Assembly (NCBI GenBank): GCA_963787255.1
Contig: CAWBCJ010000001.1
Coordinates: forward strand, 32,001-96,000
From: Methanobacteriota archaeon
GTDB lineage: Archaea; Methanobacteriota; Methanobacteria; Methanobacteriales; Methanobacteriaceae
DNA: 64,000 nt
Reading direction: 5' to 3'
A program made the position numbers and the translations under genes. Within the stretch, counting starts at the first letter, position 1, and every line of letters starts with the position of its first letter. Under the pieces are notes generated by a model. That model was not told where the DNA came from. It made no database searches and saw nothing but the letters and a program-made list of their open reading frames with translations. Positions 1 to 10,548 of this stretch are shown piece after piece.

Positions 1-55
1 AAATATTTTAAGGATAGAACAATTTATAAAACTTATAAAATGGAGGAAGAATCAT

Positions 56-957
<902 letters not shown>

Positions 958-961
<4 letters not shown>

Positions 962-1380
962 ATGCTAAATTAAAAGAAAAGCAAAATAAAAAGTTTAAAG
1001 TTGAATTATGGAATAATTGGGCTAAACAAAACTCTAATCTATTTACTGACTTAGTTGATGGCGCTACTATAGCAATAGCTATGACAGAAAACAATGAAAA
1101 GTTAGTCTTTTTAGAAAAAGGAAATAATGATTTAAACATAAGTATAAAACCTCTAAAAGAATTAGAAAGTTCTAATGCAGATTTATTATTCGTTATCGAC
1201 GAAAAAGACATTGAAGAAATATTAAAAGATGATGATCCTTTAAAATTCGTAAATTTACTTTCTTCTAGGAGAATAGAAGTTTATGGACTTATGGATCATT
1301 TACAACTTATGGATAAAGGATACACGAAGTTTTTAAACAATTTAGGCATTAGTATAGGTGGAGGAAACTGCTGCGGTTAA
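958..1380 (+). CDS. Hypothetical protein, possibly SCP2-like, ending GGGNCCG; may be the C-terminus of the upstream gene
   Basis: ATGA overlap inside an A-run; one added A gives the continuous reading [14 protein letters not shown]. Confidence 0.6.
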
Positions 1381-1415
1381 ATACCCCTTTTATAAAAATT
1401 TTGTAGGTAATTAAA

Positions 1416-1598
1416 TTGACTAAAGAAGAAAATAAACCAGTAATGGAAGGTAATCAGAATATTGGGCCCTTTTCAAATTGTGCTTGCATAAAACCTCAAA
1501 AGGAAGGCTTTATAGAAGCCATATGCGAAGTTTGTGATAAAGTATTTACAACAAATAAAGATGTTTATATCTGTCCAGAATGCCATGAAAAAAGCTAA
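1416..1598 (+). CDS. Small Zn-ribbon protein
   Basis: CEVC...CPEC; GTAGGT RBS before TTG. Confidence 0.65.
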   Translation: MTKEENKPVMEGNQNIGPFSNCACIKPQKEGFIEAICEVCDKVFTTNKDVYICPECHEKS

Positions 1599-1687
1599 AA
1601 ATATCTATCAGTAGGGAATTTATACGTTAAACTTTGAAAATAAAGTAAAATTTCGGTTGATGATAAACCAAAAGGTTGTGGATATGG

Positions 1688-1906
1688 ATGCCAGTAACAC
1701 CAGAGCATGAAAAAGAATTTGAAAAAGCAGTAGAAGAGGATAAAAAGAAACGAAGCAAATGCAGTATTTTTAATATAATAAATACAAAAAGAAGCGGTGA
1801 AAGCGATAAATGAAGTTTGTGAGAGTATATTACAACAAATAAAGATGTTTATATTTGTCCAGATTGCCTTGGAAAACCAAGAAATAAATGTTTTTTTTTA
1901 TGTTAA
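1688..1906 (+). pseudogene. Frameshifted paralog of the 1416 Zn-ribbon gene
   Basis: acaacaaataaagatgtttatat(t/c)tgtccaga(t/a)tgcc is shared with 1416..1598; reads MPVTPEHEKEFEK...TTNKDVYICPDC across shifts. Confidence 0.55.
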
Positions 1907-2126
1907 AAGATATTAGATGGAACTAAAAAGTTAAATAAAGATGAATTGGTGTCAATCTTAATTATTTTTTTTATTGTTTTTAAAATATTTTTTTTTTATT
2001 ACAATTAATTCGAAAAAATGGGATTTAGTATTAAATTTTTAATACTTTTAATTATAAAAAACAAGTTCCAGTAATACCAAAGGAAACCTTTATATGATAT
2101 AAATTCAGACCCATATAGTGAGGTTA

Positions 2127-2216
2127 AAGGGTTATAGAGTATTTTTATAGGATTATTACGTTTTACCCTTAGAATTAGGGTTTTGTAATACTATATAATG
2201 AGTAATACTGACCCTT
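2127..2216 (+). promoter_or_regulatory. Structured 5' leader (long imperfect hairpin) of cbiM/nikM
   Basis: Nested pairs AAGGGTTA/TGACCCTT, GTATT/AATAC, TATAG/CTATA, TATTAC/GTAATA, ACCCT/AGGGT lie between the TATA box (~2089) and the AGGAGG RBS. Confidence 0.5.
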
Positions 2217-2242
2217 ATACAAAATTAAGGAGGATTTAAAAG

Positions 2243-2887
2243 ATGCATATACCTGATGGTTTAATTCCATTTCCACAATACCTAATATATGGTATTATAT
2301 CTTTAATTGCAATATTCTTTGCTCTTAAATGGGCAAGAAGTAATCTTGATGAAAGAGCAATTCCATTATTAGCTGTTTTATCTGCCGGTATTTTCGCTAT
2401 ACAAGCCATGAATATTCCCATTCCCTTTGGAACAAGCGGACACATGGTGGGTGCGGCATTAGTAGCTATTGTATTGGGCAGTCCATGGGCAGCAGTCCTG
2501 GTCTTATCAATAGTATTAGTACTCCAAGGATTGTTATTCGGTGACGGCGGAATGACCGCCTTAGGCGTGAACATATTCAACATGGGAGTTGTAGGAGGAT
2601 TTGCAGGATTCTACACATACAAATCACTTAAAAATATTAATGGAAAGTTCGCAGTGTTTACTGCAGGATGGATGTCAATATTTATAGCTTCAATTGTCGC
2701 TGCATTTGAACTTGCAATATCCGGAGCTTTCCCACTGGATTTAGGCCTTTTATACATGGGAGGATTCCATGCAATGTATGGACTAATTGAAGGAGCAATA
2801 ACATTAGTAGTAGTTTTAGCAATACAAAATGTAAGACCCGACTTATTCTCTCTTGAACAAAAACCAAGTGAGGTGCCAGCAAAATGA
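2243..2887 (+). CDS. cbiM: ECF-type Co/Ni transporter S component CbiM/NikM
   Basis: MHIPDG N-terminus, GTSGH motif, QGLLFGDGG, multiple TM helices. Confidence 0.92.
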   Translation: MHIPDGLIPFPQYLIYGIISLIAIFFALKWARSNLDERAIPLLAVLSAGIFAIQAMNIPIPFGTSGHMVGAALVAIVLGSPWAAVLVLSIVLVLQGLLFGDGGMTALGVNIFNMGVVGGFAGFYTYKSLKNINGKFAVFTAGWMSIFIASIVAAFELAISGAFPLDLGLLYMGGFHAMYGLIEGAITLVVVLAIQNVRPDLFSLEQKPSEVPAK

Positions 2888-3183
2888 GCCCAAAAAACAA
2901 AAAATTTCTACTAGGTGGAATAACAATTGCTTTAATAATAGCCATTCTTGCACCCTTTTTAGCTTCATCTAATCCAGATGGTTTAGACAGTACTGCTCAA
3001 AAAGTGATGGAGAATCCGGAAACAGAACCTGCATTTGAGTCACCATTTTCAGACTACACCATTCCCGCTTTAGGTGAAGAAAATCCATTAGGCGGTGTGG
3101 CAGCTTTAGTTCTTGGGACTTTACTGGTTCTTGGAATTGCATATGGCCTGGGAATAGGGTTAAAAAAAGAAAAAGTAGAGTAA
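2884..3183 (+). CDS. PDGLE-domain ECF accessory protein (NikN-like)
   Basis: ASSNPDGLD between two TM helices; overlaps the cbiM stop. Confidence 0.85.
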   Translation: MSPKNKKFLLGGITIALIIAILAPFLASSNPDGLDSTAQKVMENPETEPAFESPFSDYTIPALGEENPLGGVAALVLGTLLVLGIAYGLGIGLKKEKVE

Positions 3184-3339
3184 TTCTACTTTTCTATCTA
3201 TTTTTTTTACAATTTAATTTTCAATTCACCCTAATTTCTTAGGAAGTGTTTGACACGTAATATCGACTAATTTTTTACCCACAATGGTCGCCATATTATA
3301 CAGGAAAGTGATTAATATGAAATCATATTGAAGTGATAT

Positions 3340-3576
3340 TTACCTCTTTTCACATTTAAAACATAAATTTGTGTCTCTGTTTGTTTTAAATACTTTTCCA
3401 CATTTTTGGCATGTAACCTGCTGGATACTAGATTCTTTTTTACAAAAATTCTTAAACATTCTAACGGAACAATTGTAATTATTGGCTTGGATTCCTGCTT
3501 TTGCTTTCCGGTCTAAAGCTTCTTCCTCATACTTCCTTCTAAGAGCTTTTTTCCTTTTTTGATCATCACTTGGCAT
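3340..3576 (-). CDS. Small Zn-ribbon protein related to the 1416 ORF
   Basis: CQKCGKVFKTNRDTNLCFKC; GGAG RBS. Confidence 0.7.
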   Translation of the reverse strand: MPSDDQKRKKALRRKYEEEALDRKAKAGIQANNYNCSVRMFKNFCKKESSIQQVTCQKCGKVFKTNRDTNLCFKCEKR

Positions 3577-3624
3577 TTATATCTCCAAATTTATAGAAAG
3601 AATATACATTATTTAGTATTAAAT

Positions 3625-4293
3625 TTATTTAACTCCTCTGATCACTACAAATGAACCTTCCCCGTATCCTTTCTTTACAGGTTCAATATCTTTTAATTTC
3701 ACTGATGACTGGAATAATGTCTGTCTAAAACTAAAATCTCTGAAATGGGCCTTTTCCATATATGAGACAACTTCTTTAACTGAATAAAATATTGCATCTT
3801 TGTAAAATGTGCTCTCATTTCTTTGTTTTTTATAGAATTTCCCCAGTAAACTATTGGCATCTATAAAACCGATTATTAGATAGCCTCCAGATTTAAGCAC
3901 CCTATTTGCCTCTTCTAACGATTTTTCAACATCATTGAGGAAACATATTGTTGTAACCATTAAAACAAAATCAAATTGGGAATCAGGAAAAGGAAGGGAT
4001 TCAGCAACTCCTTCAATGAATTCTATACCTCTTTTTTGGGCTATTTTTCCCATATTTTTGGATGGATCAATACCTAATTTAATTCCAAGCGGAGCTGCAA
4101 AGCGCCCACTTCCAACACCAATTTCAATACCGTTTCTACTTTTAGGTAATAGTTCTTTAACGGCTTGAAGCTCTGATTTATAAGAAGACTTGTTTTTATC
4201 AAACCATTGGTCATATTTTTCTGCATATTTTTCAAAAGGCTCAAATTTCACCATTATTTTCTCTCTTCTGTTCTTTAAACCATTTAATGCCAT
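3625..4293 (-). CDS. Class I SAM-dependent methyltransferase (start may be MVKFE at ~4254)
   Basis: IEIGVGSGRF motif I; AESLPF..FDFV. Confidence 0.9.
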   Translation of the reverse strand: MALNGLKNRREKIMVKFEPFEKYAEKYDQWFDKNKSSYKSELQAVKELLPKSRNGIEIGVGSGRFAAPLGIKLGIDPSKNMGKIAQKRGIEFIEGVAESLPFPDSQFDFVLMVTTICFLNDVEKSLEEANRVLKSGGYLIIGFIDANSLLGKFYKKQRNESTFYKDAIFYSVKEVVSYMEKAHFRDFSFRQTLFQSSVKLKDIEPVKKGYGEGSFVVIRGVK

Positions 4294-4396
4294 ACTGTTA
4301 TTATATTTTTTTTATTAAATTGTAATTATTTCTTTGGGTAGTGCTTAAAAAAAAATTAATAATACTTAAATTATATATTATTAATGGTGAATTATT

Positions 4397-4978
4397 ATGA
4401 AAAAGACAATTGAAAATTTGGCAAAAGCTTTTATTGGTGAAAGCCAGGCAAGAAACAGGTACACAATGTATGCAAAAGTTGCAAAAAAAGAAGGATATGA
4501 ACAAGTTTCTGAAATCTTCCTGAATAATGCAGAAAACGAAAGAGAACATGCAAAATGGTCAATGAAAATGATCAACGGATTAAAAAAAGCAGGTGAGGTT
4601 CCAGACGAAATTATAGTTAAAGCAGACGCTCCAACAACCTTTGGAACTACAGTTGAAAACCTTAAAGCCTCGATTACAGGTGAACATTACGAATATACTG
4701 AAATGTATCCCCAATTTGCAGATGTAGCTGAAGAAGAAGGGCTAAAAGACATTGCTAAGAGATTAAGGGCAATTGGTAAAGTAGAAGAGCATCACGAAGA
4801 ACGATTCAAGAGAATTTTAGACCAAATAGAATCTGGTACAGTCTGGAAAAAAGATAAAGAAGTTGAATGGGTTTGCAGAAAATGTGGTTATGTGCATCGT
4901 GGAATGGAACCTATTGAAGAATGTCCTTCCTGTGATCACCCTAAAAAATACTTCCAGATCAAATGCGAAGAATATTAA
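4397..4978 (+). CDS. rbr: Rubrerythrin
   Basis: AFIGESQARNRY, EREHA, EEHHE, C-terminal rubredoxin CRKC...CPSC. Confidence 0.95.
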   Translation: MKKTIENLAKAFIGESQARNRYTMYAKVAKKEGYEQVSEIFLNNAENEREHAKWSMKMINGLKKAGEVPDEIIVKADAPTTFGTTVENLKASITGEHYEYTEMYPQFADVAEEEGLKDIAKRLRAIGKVEEHHEERFKRILDQIESGTVWKKDKEVEWVCRKCGYVHRGMEPIEECPSCDHPKKYFQIKCEEY

Positions 4979-5029
4979 AAAATAATCTTTTTTTTATTAT
5001 TTAAAGTAATATTTACAGTGTTTGGAGCT

Positions 5030-5081
5030 ACGAAATCTATGATTTCTACGGCCCACGACTTCAGTCGCGGGAGTATATCAG
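5030..5081 (+). mobile_element. Orphan IS200/IS605-type right-end hairpin
   Basis: GCCCACGACTTCAGTCGCGGGAGTATATCA resembles IS605/IS1341 subterminal ends; preceded by the palindrome GAAATC-TAT-GATTTC; no transposase nearby. Confidence 0.6.
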
Positions 5082-5456
5082 AAGCTTCTATTGAACATTT
5101 TTTGAAGGTGAAAATCTTTAAATTTATCTTCAGGAATGAAATCAGTTATTTTCTTTCCAATCATCTTTTCTAGAGGAATTTTAGACATTGAGGCTAGTTG
5201 ACTGTTACAATAAAAAATAGAGTAATCAGGGGGCCAATATAGCTACTCCTTGGTTCATCCCTTCGATTAAAACCCGGTAAATATAGTCTGCACCCTTAAA
5301 TGTAAAAGTCTGAGCTCCTTCAGGAGTATTGACCAGTAGTGCATCTACTTCACTACTTCGGATAGCATCAAGAGTTTCTTCAGATTCGAGAAGTCTTATT
5401 TTAAGCTCATCTACTTCTGCAAGAAGTTCTTCTCTTGTCTTTTCCTTTTTTGTCAT
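5082..5456 (-). pseudogene. Truncated PAS sensor kinase N-terminus
   Basis: EETLDAIRSSEVDALLV...YRVLIEGMNQG; continues after a frameshift as DYSIFYCNSQLASM...MIGKKITDFI and stops at the IS-like end. Confidence 0.7.
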
Positions 5457-5833
5457 TTAAACTCCCTAAGATTAGTGGATTATTTTTTGTAATATTTGGT
5501 ATCTCATTCTTTAGGTGCAATTCTAGGAGGATCCTATCCTTATTTAAAACACTGCTATCTGGTTTGTTTGTATCTGGTTTATATCATCCTATATCTCTAT
5601 ATTTTCAATGATTAAAACTCAAGAATGCTACATAATTATCTGAATTAATTGCATTTAAATAAGTTGTGATTTAATTATAAAAGAAAAATGAAAACTTTTA
5701 AATATTATTTTATAGTAATTTTTATAATAATTTTGGTTCAAAAAATAATAGTTTTAAACACGTTTAATGCTACTTATAAAATCTAGTTTTAAAAATAGGA
5801 ATTTAATATCATAGTAAAATGGGGGTGTTAAAT

Positions 5834-6112
5834 ATGAGTAAATGGTTAAATAACGAAAACCCGATTTGGGAAAATGCAGTAAAGCCCTGTTTGCTTTTAA
5901 TGTTTTGTCCATACGGAAAATTAGCTGAAGAATTCCCAATAAGCGAGAATAAGAAAACCTGCGAAATCTTGGGACATGACTGCCCTGTATTTTACCAAGC
6001 CTCACATATAGTTGAAGGCGACGGTGAAAAAAAAGTGAATCAGGAAGAATTTGATAAATTCTTCAAGGAAATAGCAGCAAAATCTATAGGAGATAAGGAA
6101 CGAATTTCCTAA
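5834..6112 (+). CDS. Small Cys/His-motif protein
   Basis: GGGGGTG RBS, ATG at 5834; KPC..FCPYG...CEILGHDCP. Confidence 0.7.
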   Translation: MSKWLNNENPIWENAVKPCLLLMFCPYGKLAEEFPISENKKTCEILGHDCPVFYQASHIVEGDGEKKVNQEEFDKFFKEIAAKSIGDKERIS

Positions 6113-6323
6113 AATACGACGCCCATTTTTGCTAAAGATATAATGGATAAAAAAAAGATGCATGAACATTGAAATATTATTTTTTTTCCAGTTTATTTTG
6201 GGAATGAAAAATAAGTGCATGAGCAATATAAAAGAATAATCTGATGGTTTAACCCATGCACCCCCTTAAATTCATGCAATTAAATATTCATGTGTTCCTA
6301 CAAAAATTTCCAGGCAGTATATT

Positions 6324-6788
6324 TTATGCTGTACCGCCGGTACATTCACCATTTTGAGCATCCACAAATATTTCACCAACTGTTATACCATCCTGGATTA
6401 CAGGAACAAAATATGTAGGTATATTAGCCATCATACCTAATACTGGTGTCCCAACAGAAAAAGAAGTGTCCCCTAAATGATTAGAAGCTACAACTTTAGC
6501 TTCTGAGGCGGATACCTTCACATTGGATGTATTCTTAGTAGATGTTTTCTTAGCTGTTGTTGAAACTGATTTAGGTGTTGCTGGTTTAGCTGTTGTTGAA
6601 ACTGACTTAGGTGGTGTTGATGCTGTTAAATTATTTACTGGAATAGAATTTTGAATAGGTTGGCTTTGATTAACAACCGATGCTACAGGAGTCTGAACGT
6701 TTTTATTCATCAAATTAGCAGCAGAATAACTAATACCCACCCCTATAACTGCAATTAATGTAAATACTACAATAACTTTTTTATTCAT
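6324..6788 (-). CDS. Secreted PepSY-like protein with S/T-rich linker
   Basis: Signal peptide, low-complexity stalk, VSASEAK...IFVDAQNG. Confidence 0.75.
   Translation of the reverse strand: MNKKVIVVFTLIAVIGVGISYSAANLMNKNVQTPVASVVNQSQPIQNSIPVNNLTASTPPKSVSTTAKPATPKSVSTTAKKTSTKNTSNVKVSASEAKVVASNHLGDTSFSVGTPVLGMMANIPTYFVPVIQDGITVGEIFVDAQNGECTGGTA
6550..6615 (-). repeat. 36-bp tandem repeat, about 2 copies (PKSVSTTAK) within the CDS
   Basis: tagctgttgttgaaactga(t/c)ttaggtg repeated. Confidence 0.7.
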
Positions 6789-6982
6789 TATATGGCCCCC
6801 TCTCTGGTCATTTAAATGTTATTTAAAGCTAAGAAACAAAATTAAATTATTTTAGATAAAATGTATTCATCTTTTATATAATAACAATTATTTATAATTT
6901 TTTATTATAAAAAACAGAAAACTTTAAATATTACTTTTCAACTTTTGCATAATTCAAAAAGAAACAAACTAATAGTCAGAAA

Positions 6983-7715
6983 TCACTCATTCATTATAGG
7001 AATTGTAAAATAAAAAAGTAGAACCTTCACCTAATTTGAGGATTCAACCCAGATACGGCCGCCAATCAGCATCACTATCTAATTGACCTTTATAACGCCT
7101 CTCCAGTAGCTGCGTAAAACTAGCAATCGTTCGTAATGGTTCTTGTAGGTCGTGACTGGAAACATAGGCAAATTGTTGTAATTCAGCGTTGGAACGTTTT
7201 AAATCTTCTACAAGTTTTTTTGATTGTTTTTCTGCCTGTTTACGCTCTGTGATGTCCCGGGAAACTGTAAGATATGCGTTCCTTCCTTTGTAATTGATAG
7301 TATGACCATAAATTTCTACTGGTATCTTTTTACCTTCTTTAGTTACATGAACTATTTCAAAATTCATAAATCCCTTTTTATCTATTTCTACAGCATTTTT
7401 AGGCATTTCAACCCTTCTATCAGGAGCTACTATATCTGCAGGGCCCATATTTAACATTTCTTCTCGGGTGTAACCTAAATTCTTTTTAATCCAACTTCAT
7501 TTATTTCTATGTACTTTCCTGGCAAGCCATCTTCACTTATTTCACTTAAACTAATCATATCAGTTGATTTATCGAATAATAAACGGAATTTATCTTCACT
7601 TCCATATAACTCCTCTTCAGCTTTTTTAAGTTCAGTTATATCTGTTATTGTTATACGATATTTTTCATCACGCCTGTCATGTATGGGCATGATTTCCATT
7701 TTAACATAAAATGGT
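6983..7715 (-). pseudogene. PAS-histidine kinase relic with 5' truncation and internal deletion
   Basis: H-box SHDLQEPLR; LDSDAD is joined directly to [19 protein letters not shown], so the HATPase core is missing. Confidence 0.8.
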
Positions 7716-7732
7716 GATTACAGGTGCTAAAA

Positions 7733-7838
7733 ATGAACAAAACCAATGCAAGGGTTTGTAAATGTAAGAATGTATCGATATTATGTTGATAAGAAGATGC
7801 AGAATAAGAACACGAAAAAATACATTAATATTCCTTGA
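7733..7838 (+). pseudogene. Degenerate copy of small basic Cys-peptide family
   Basis: AGGTG RBS, MNKTNARVCKCKNVSIL; DNA homologous to the 8712 and 29842 loci. Confidence 0.5.
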
Positions 7839-7925
7839 ATGATTAACATGTGAAATTAGAAGATTAGCTATTTTCTTATTCTGATTTTTAATCTGTCTTT
7901 AAATTTAATATTGTGACATTATATG

Positions 7926-8538
7926 TTATAAGCCAAAGAATTTTAAGAAATTATTTCCAAGGTTCTTAAGCTCATTTAATACCGGACTTAAAGTATATCC
8001 AGAACCTGAATCATTATGCTGTCCAGAAGAATCGGGACTACCGGATGCGTTTCCAGTATGTGAATTGTTGGATGGTGTGGTCTTTCGAATCAGAACCAGT
8101 TTGATTAAAACCAGTTCTTTGACCAGAATCAGTTCGTTGACTAGAATCAGTTGTTTGATTGGAATCAGTTTGATTAGAACCAGTTTCTTCAACTATTATT
8201 CTACCTGAAGCACCAGAGTATCTATCACGATATGGATAAGTTCCGGGATTATCAAAGGTATAGCTGTAACTATTTAGTGGTCCTATATCTCCACTGCTGG
8301 GGAACTTACCATCAGTACTGGTAACAGTAAATACCACGCCACTAAAAATGTTACGATCAAAGTTTTCCCATGATACAGTGGTGCCAGGTTTAACAGTTGT
8401 AGAAGACGGGCTAAAAGAACCTCCCGCATCAAGTTTATCAAACACTACCACGGTTCCTGAGTTTAAAAAGGCACATCCAGAAATTGAAACCACAGCTAAA
8501 ATAGTTAGGGATATTATTAGTAATTTATAATCTTTCAA
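7926..8538 (-). CDS. Cupredoxin-fold lipoprotein with S/T/Q/N repeat tail (frameshift ~8070)
   Basis: ISGC lipobox, FSPSSTTVKPGTTVSW...YSYTFDNPGTYPY...GRIIV; Cu ligands not evident; NQTDS-type repeats. Confidence 0.75.
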
Positions 8539-8711
8539 TTATTATCACCAGTCTATATTATATGATCCTTAAATAATATAAATGTAATACTTATTTGAAA
8601 TAAAATATTATATGGAAAAATATAGTCAACTATTATTAAGCCAAATTACTTTCCAAACGCTCTCACACTAAACCCAATAAACATAAATCACTACAACTAC
8701 TGGTGATAAAA

Positions 8712-8877
8712 TTGGATGTAACAGATGATGATTGTAAGAAAATGCAAGAAAGTAACCATGATAATGGATAAGAAGATGCGAAGATGCAGAATAGAACACG
8801 ATAAATATGTTTATAATGTTAGACGAAAACACTTCTTTGAAGGCGTTATTAAATTTTCGCTTGCTGTCGTTGTCTAA
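8712..8877 (+). CDS. Small basic Cys-peptide family member (one extra base near 8732)
   Basis: GGTGAT RBS, TTG start; MDVTDD.VRKCKKVTMIMDKKMRRCRIEHDKYVYNVRRK. Confidence 0.5.
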
Positions 8878-9009
8878 AAGTTCTATATCATTTTTTTTAT
8901 CTGTTGTATCCATAAGAACTAACATTGCTTTGTTAATGCAGGAGGTGGCCAAAACTTTATAAGTGATGAAATAAAATGAACTAATTTACAAAAGTGAAGG
9001 TGATAGAAA

Positions 9010-9072
9010 ATGGATTTAAATGAGATTAAAATATTTATTTATAATTTGCTTGATATTCGCAAAAAAAGGTAG
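9010..9072 (+). CDS. Putative 20-aa peptide MDLNEIKIFIYNLLDIRKKR
   Basis: AGGTGAT RBS, upstream TTTATAA TATA-like box, downstream hairpin and T-run. Confidence 0.35.
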   Translation: MDLNEIKIFIYNLLDIRKKR

Positions 9073-9453
9073 TTTTGTATTTCATCATACCAAAATAGGT
9101 TAGGGGAACAGGCTTTCCTGCCTTTTTATCCATTTAATATTTCTATTATTTTAAAAATATTGTTAAAATGAGAATAAGCTCTTTTTGAATAGTCCTTTTT
9201 AGATATTGAATTATACATCTTTTTTTGGGTTTAATTTTGGTTAGATTAGTTAGTATGTTAATTGTTGAAATTTTAATCTATGGATCCTTTTATTGTTGTC
9301 TGTTTTTTTCTGTGTGGATGTATTCTACGATGGTGGTCATAACCTTAAGGCTTCAGTATTAGTAAGTAATATTAATTATGAAAATCATAATAATAGTGTT
9401 GTTTGGTTGAAAATTATGATGTTTTAAATTGCGTAGAAAAACGGGTGGTAGTA

Positions 9454-9684
9454 ATGAAAATAAGTGATGAATTGAAAGGAAAAGAAGTTATAGATGAAAA
9501 TGGGGATAAAGTTGGAGAAGTAAGCGATGTGGAATGGAATCCCCAAATGAATATGGTTGAATCTCTCCTAGTTTCTGAAGGAAAAGCAGCTAAAATTGGA
9601 ATGGGAGAAAAAAAGGTCATAGCATTTGAGGATATAGACATCATCGGAGAAAAAGTTCTTTTAAAACGATACATGCCTCGATAA
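9454..9684 (+). CDS. PRC-barrel domain protein
   Basis: MKISDELKGKEVIDENGDKVGEVSDV; GGTGG RBS. Confidence 0.85.
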   Translation: MKISDELKGKEVIDENGDKVGEVSDVEWNPQMNMVESLLVSEGKAAKIGMGEKKVIAFEDIDIIGEKVLLKRYMPR

Positions 9685-9761
9685 TACTATGTTATAAAAA
9701 AAATACTTAAATTACCTTTATATTTCTTTTTTGGAATGATTAAAGGGAAGGTATACAAAAA

Positions 9762-9851
9762 ATGGATGATAGAGGACAATATTCAATAATATATATCCTA
9801 GTGGTTATAGTAGTCATCTTAATAATATTGAGACTATTAGGTATCTTCTAA
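9762..9851 (+). CDS. 29-aa membrane peptide with class III signal-like start (MDDRGQYSIIYILVVIVVILIILRLLGIF)
   Basis: GGAAGGT RBS; intact ORF; RGQ followed by a hydrophobic helix. Confidence 0.65.
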   Translation: MDDRGQYSIIYILVVIVVILIILRLLGIF

Positions 9852-9967
9852 AACTAAACCCGGCTATGTAAAAACTACTAGTTATCTATTCATGCGTGAA
9901 AATCCTTAAATTTTTTTTTAGGAGACAATTAAAAATTGGTATGAAATTATAATTTGGAGGTGAAAAA

Positions 9968-10373
9968 TTGGATCGAAGATTTTTGGGATTGATTATAATC
10001 ATAATCGTTATAATCATAGGCGGGTGTATATCTCTTTACTTCTATGAACTTAAATCAAAATGCACAAGCTCCAGTTAATCAAAGTGGAACAAATGGCAGT
10101 GCAAATAATACAAACAATACAGTTGCAGCTACAATTAGCATTCAAAATGGAGCATTTAATCCTAATAACCTTACTGTTAAAACAGGTACTAATGTTCAGT
10201 GGATAAATAATGATAACGCATCGCATCAGATAATAAGTGATAGTGGAGCATTCCAGAGTCCTATGCTGAATACTGGGGGCGTGTATAATTTCTATTTCGC
10301 TAAATCTGGTATTTTCGGCTACTATTGTGGATTACATCCTACTGAAACAGGTACAATTACGGTAACTCCTTAA
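9968..10373 (+). CDS. Membrane-anchored cupredoxin (plastocyanin/azurin family); frameshift ~10020-10045
   Basis: GGAGGTG RBS plus TTG, TM helix; FNPNNLTVKTG..W.N.D..SH...YYCGLHP. Confidence 0.8.
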
Positions 10374-10483
10374 TTTTTTAGAGGATAAATTATATAATCC
10401 TCAAATTTTTTTTTATATTAAGGTAGTTGCATTTTTTTGTTTTTGTGATTATTGGTTTTTTTTATATAATCACAATATATTAA

Positions 10484-10511
10484 GTAATATTAAATATAGA
10501 AATAGTATTAC
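10484..10511. promoter_or_regulatory. GTAATA-N16-TATTAC palindrome (NikR-like operator)
   Basis: Perfect half sites around a TTAAATA TATA-like box upstream of the response regulator. Confidence 0.55.
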
Positions 10512-10548
10512 TATTGTTCTTTTAAAAAATGAGGGAGGCCGATTTACT

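Noticed and set aside
6150-6292. Repeated TGCATG/CATGCA motifs and ORF 6002..6226
   Set aside because: Short repeats with no convincing coding or structural pattern.
5675-6945. Shared GAAAACTTT(T)AAATATTA sequence at ~5690 and ~6917
   Set aside because: Matches a generic BRE-TATA promoter in AT-rich DNA.
8085-8185. 15-18 bp repeats as a CRISPR-like array
   Set aside because: Tandem, no spacers, and they encode an S/T/Q-rich protein linker. No CRISPR array or cas gene was seen in the window.
8668-8952. Minus-strand ORF, and the N-terminal half of 29493..29939
   Set aside because: Antisense shadows of the + strand small-peptide family; RBS and start codon are conserved only on the + strand.
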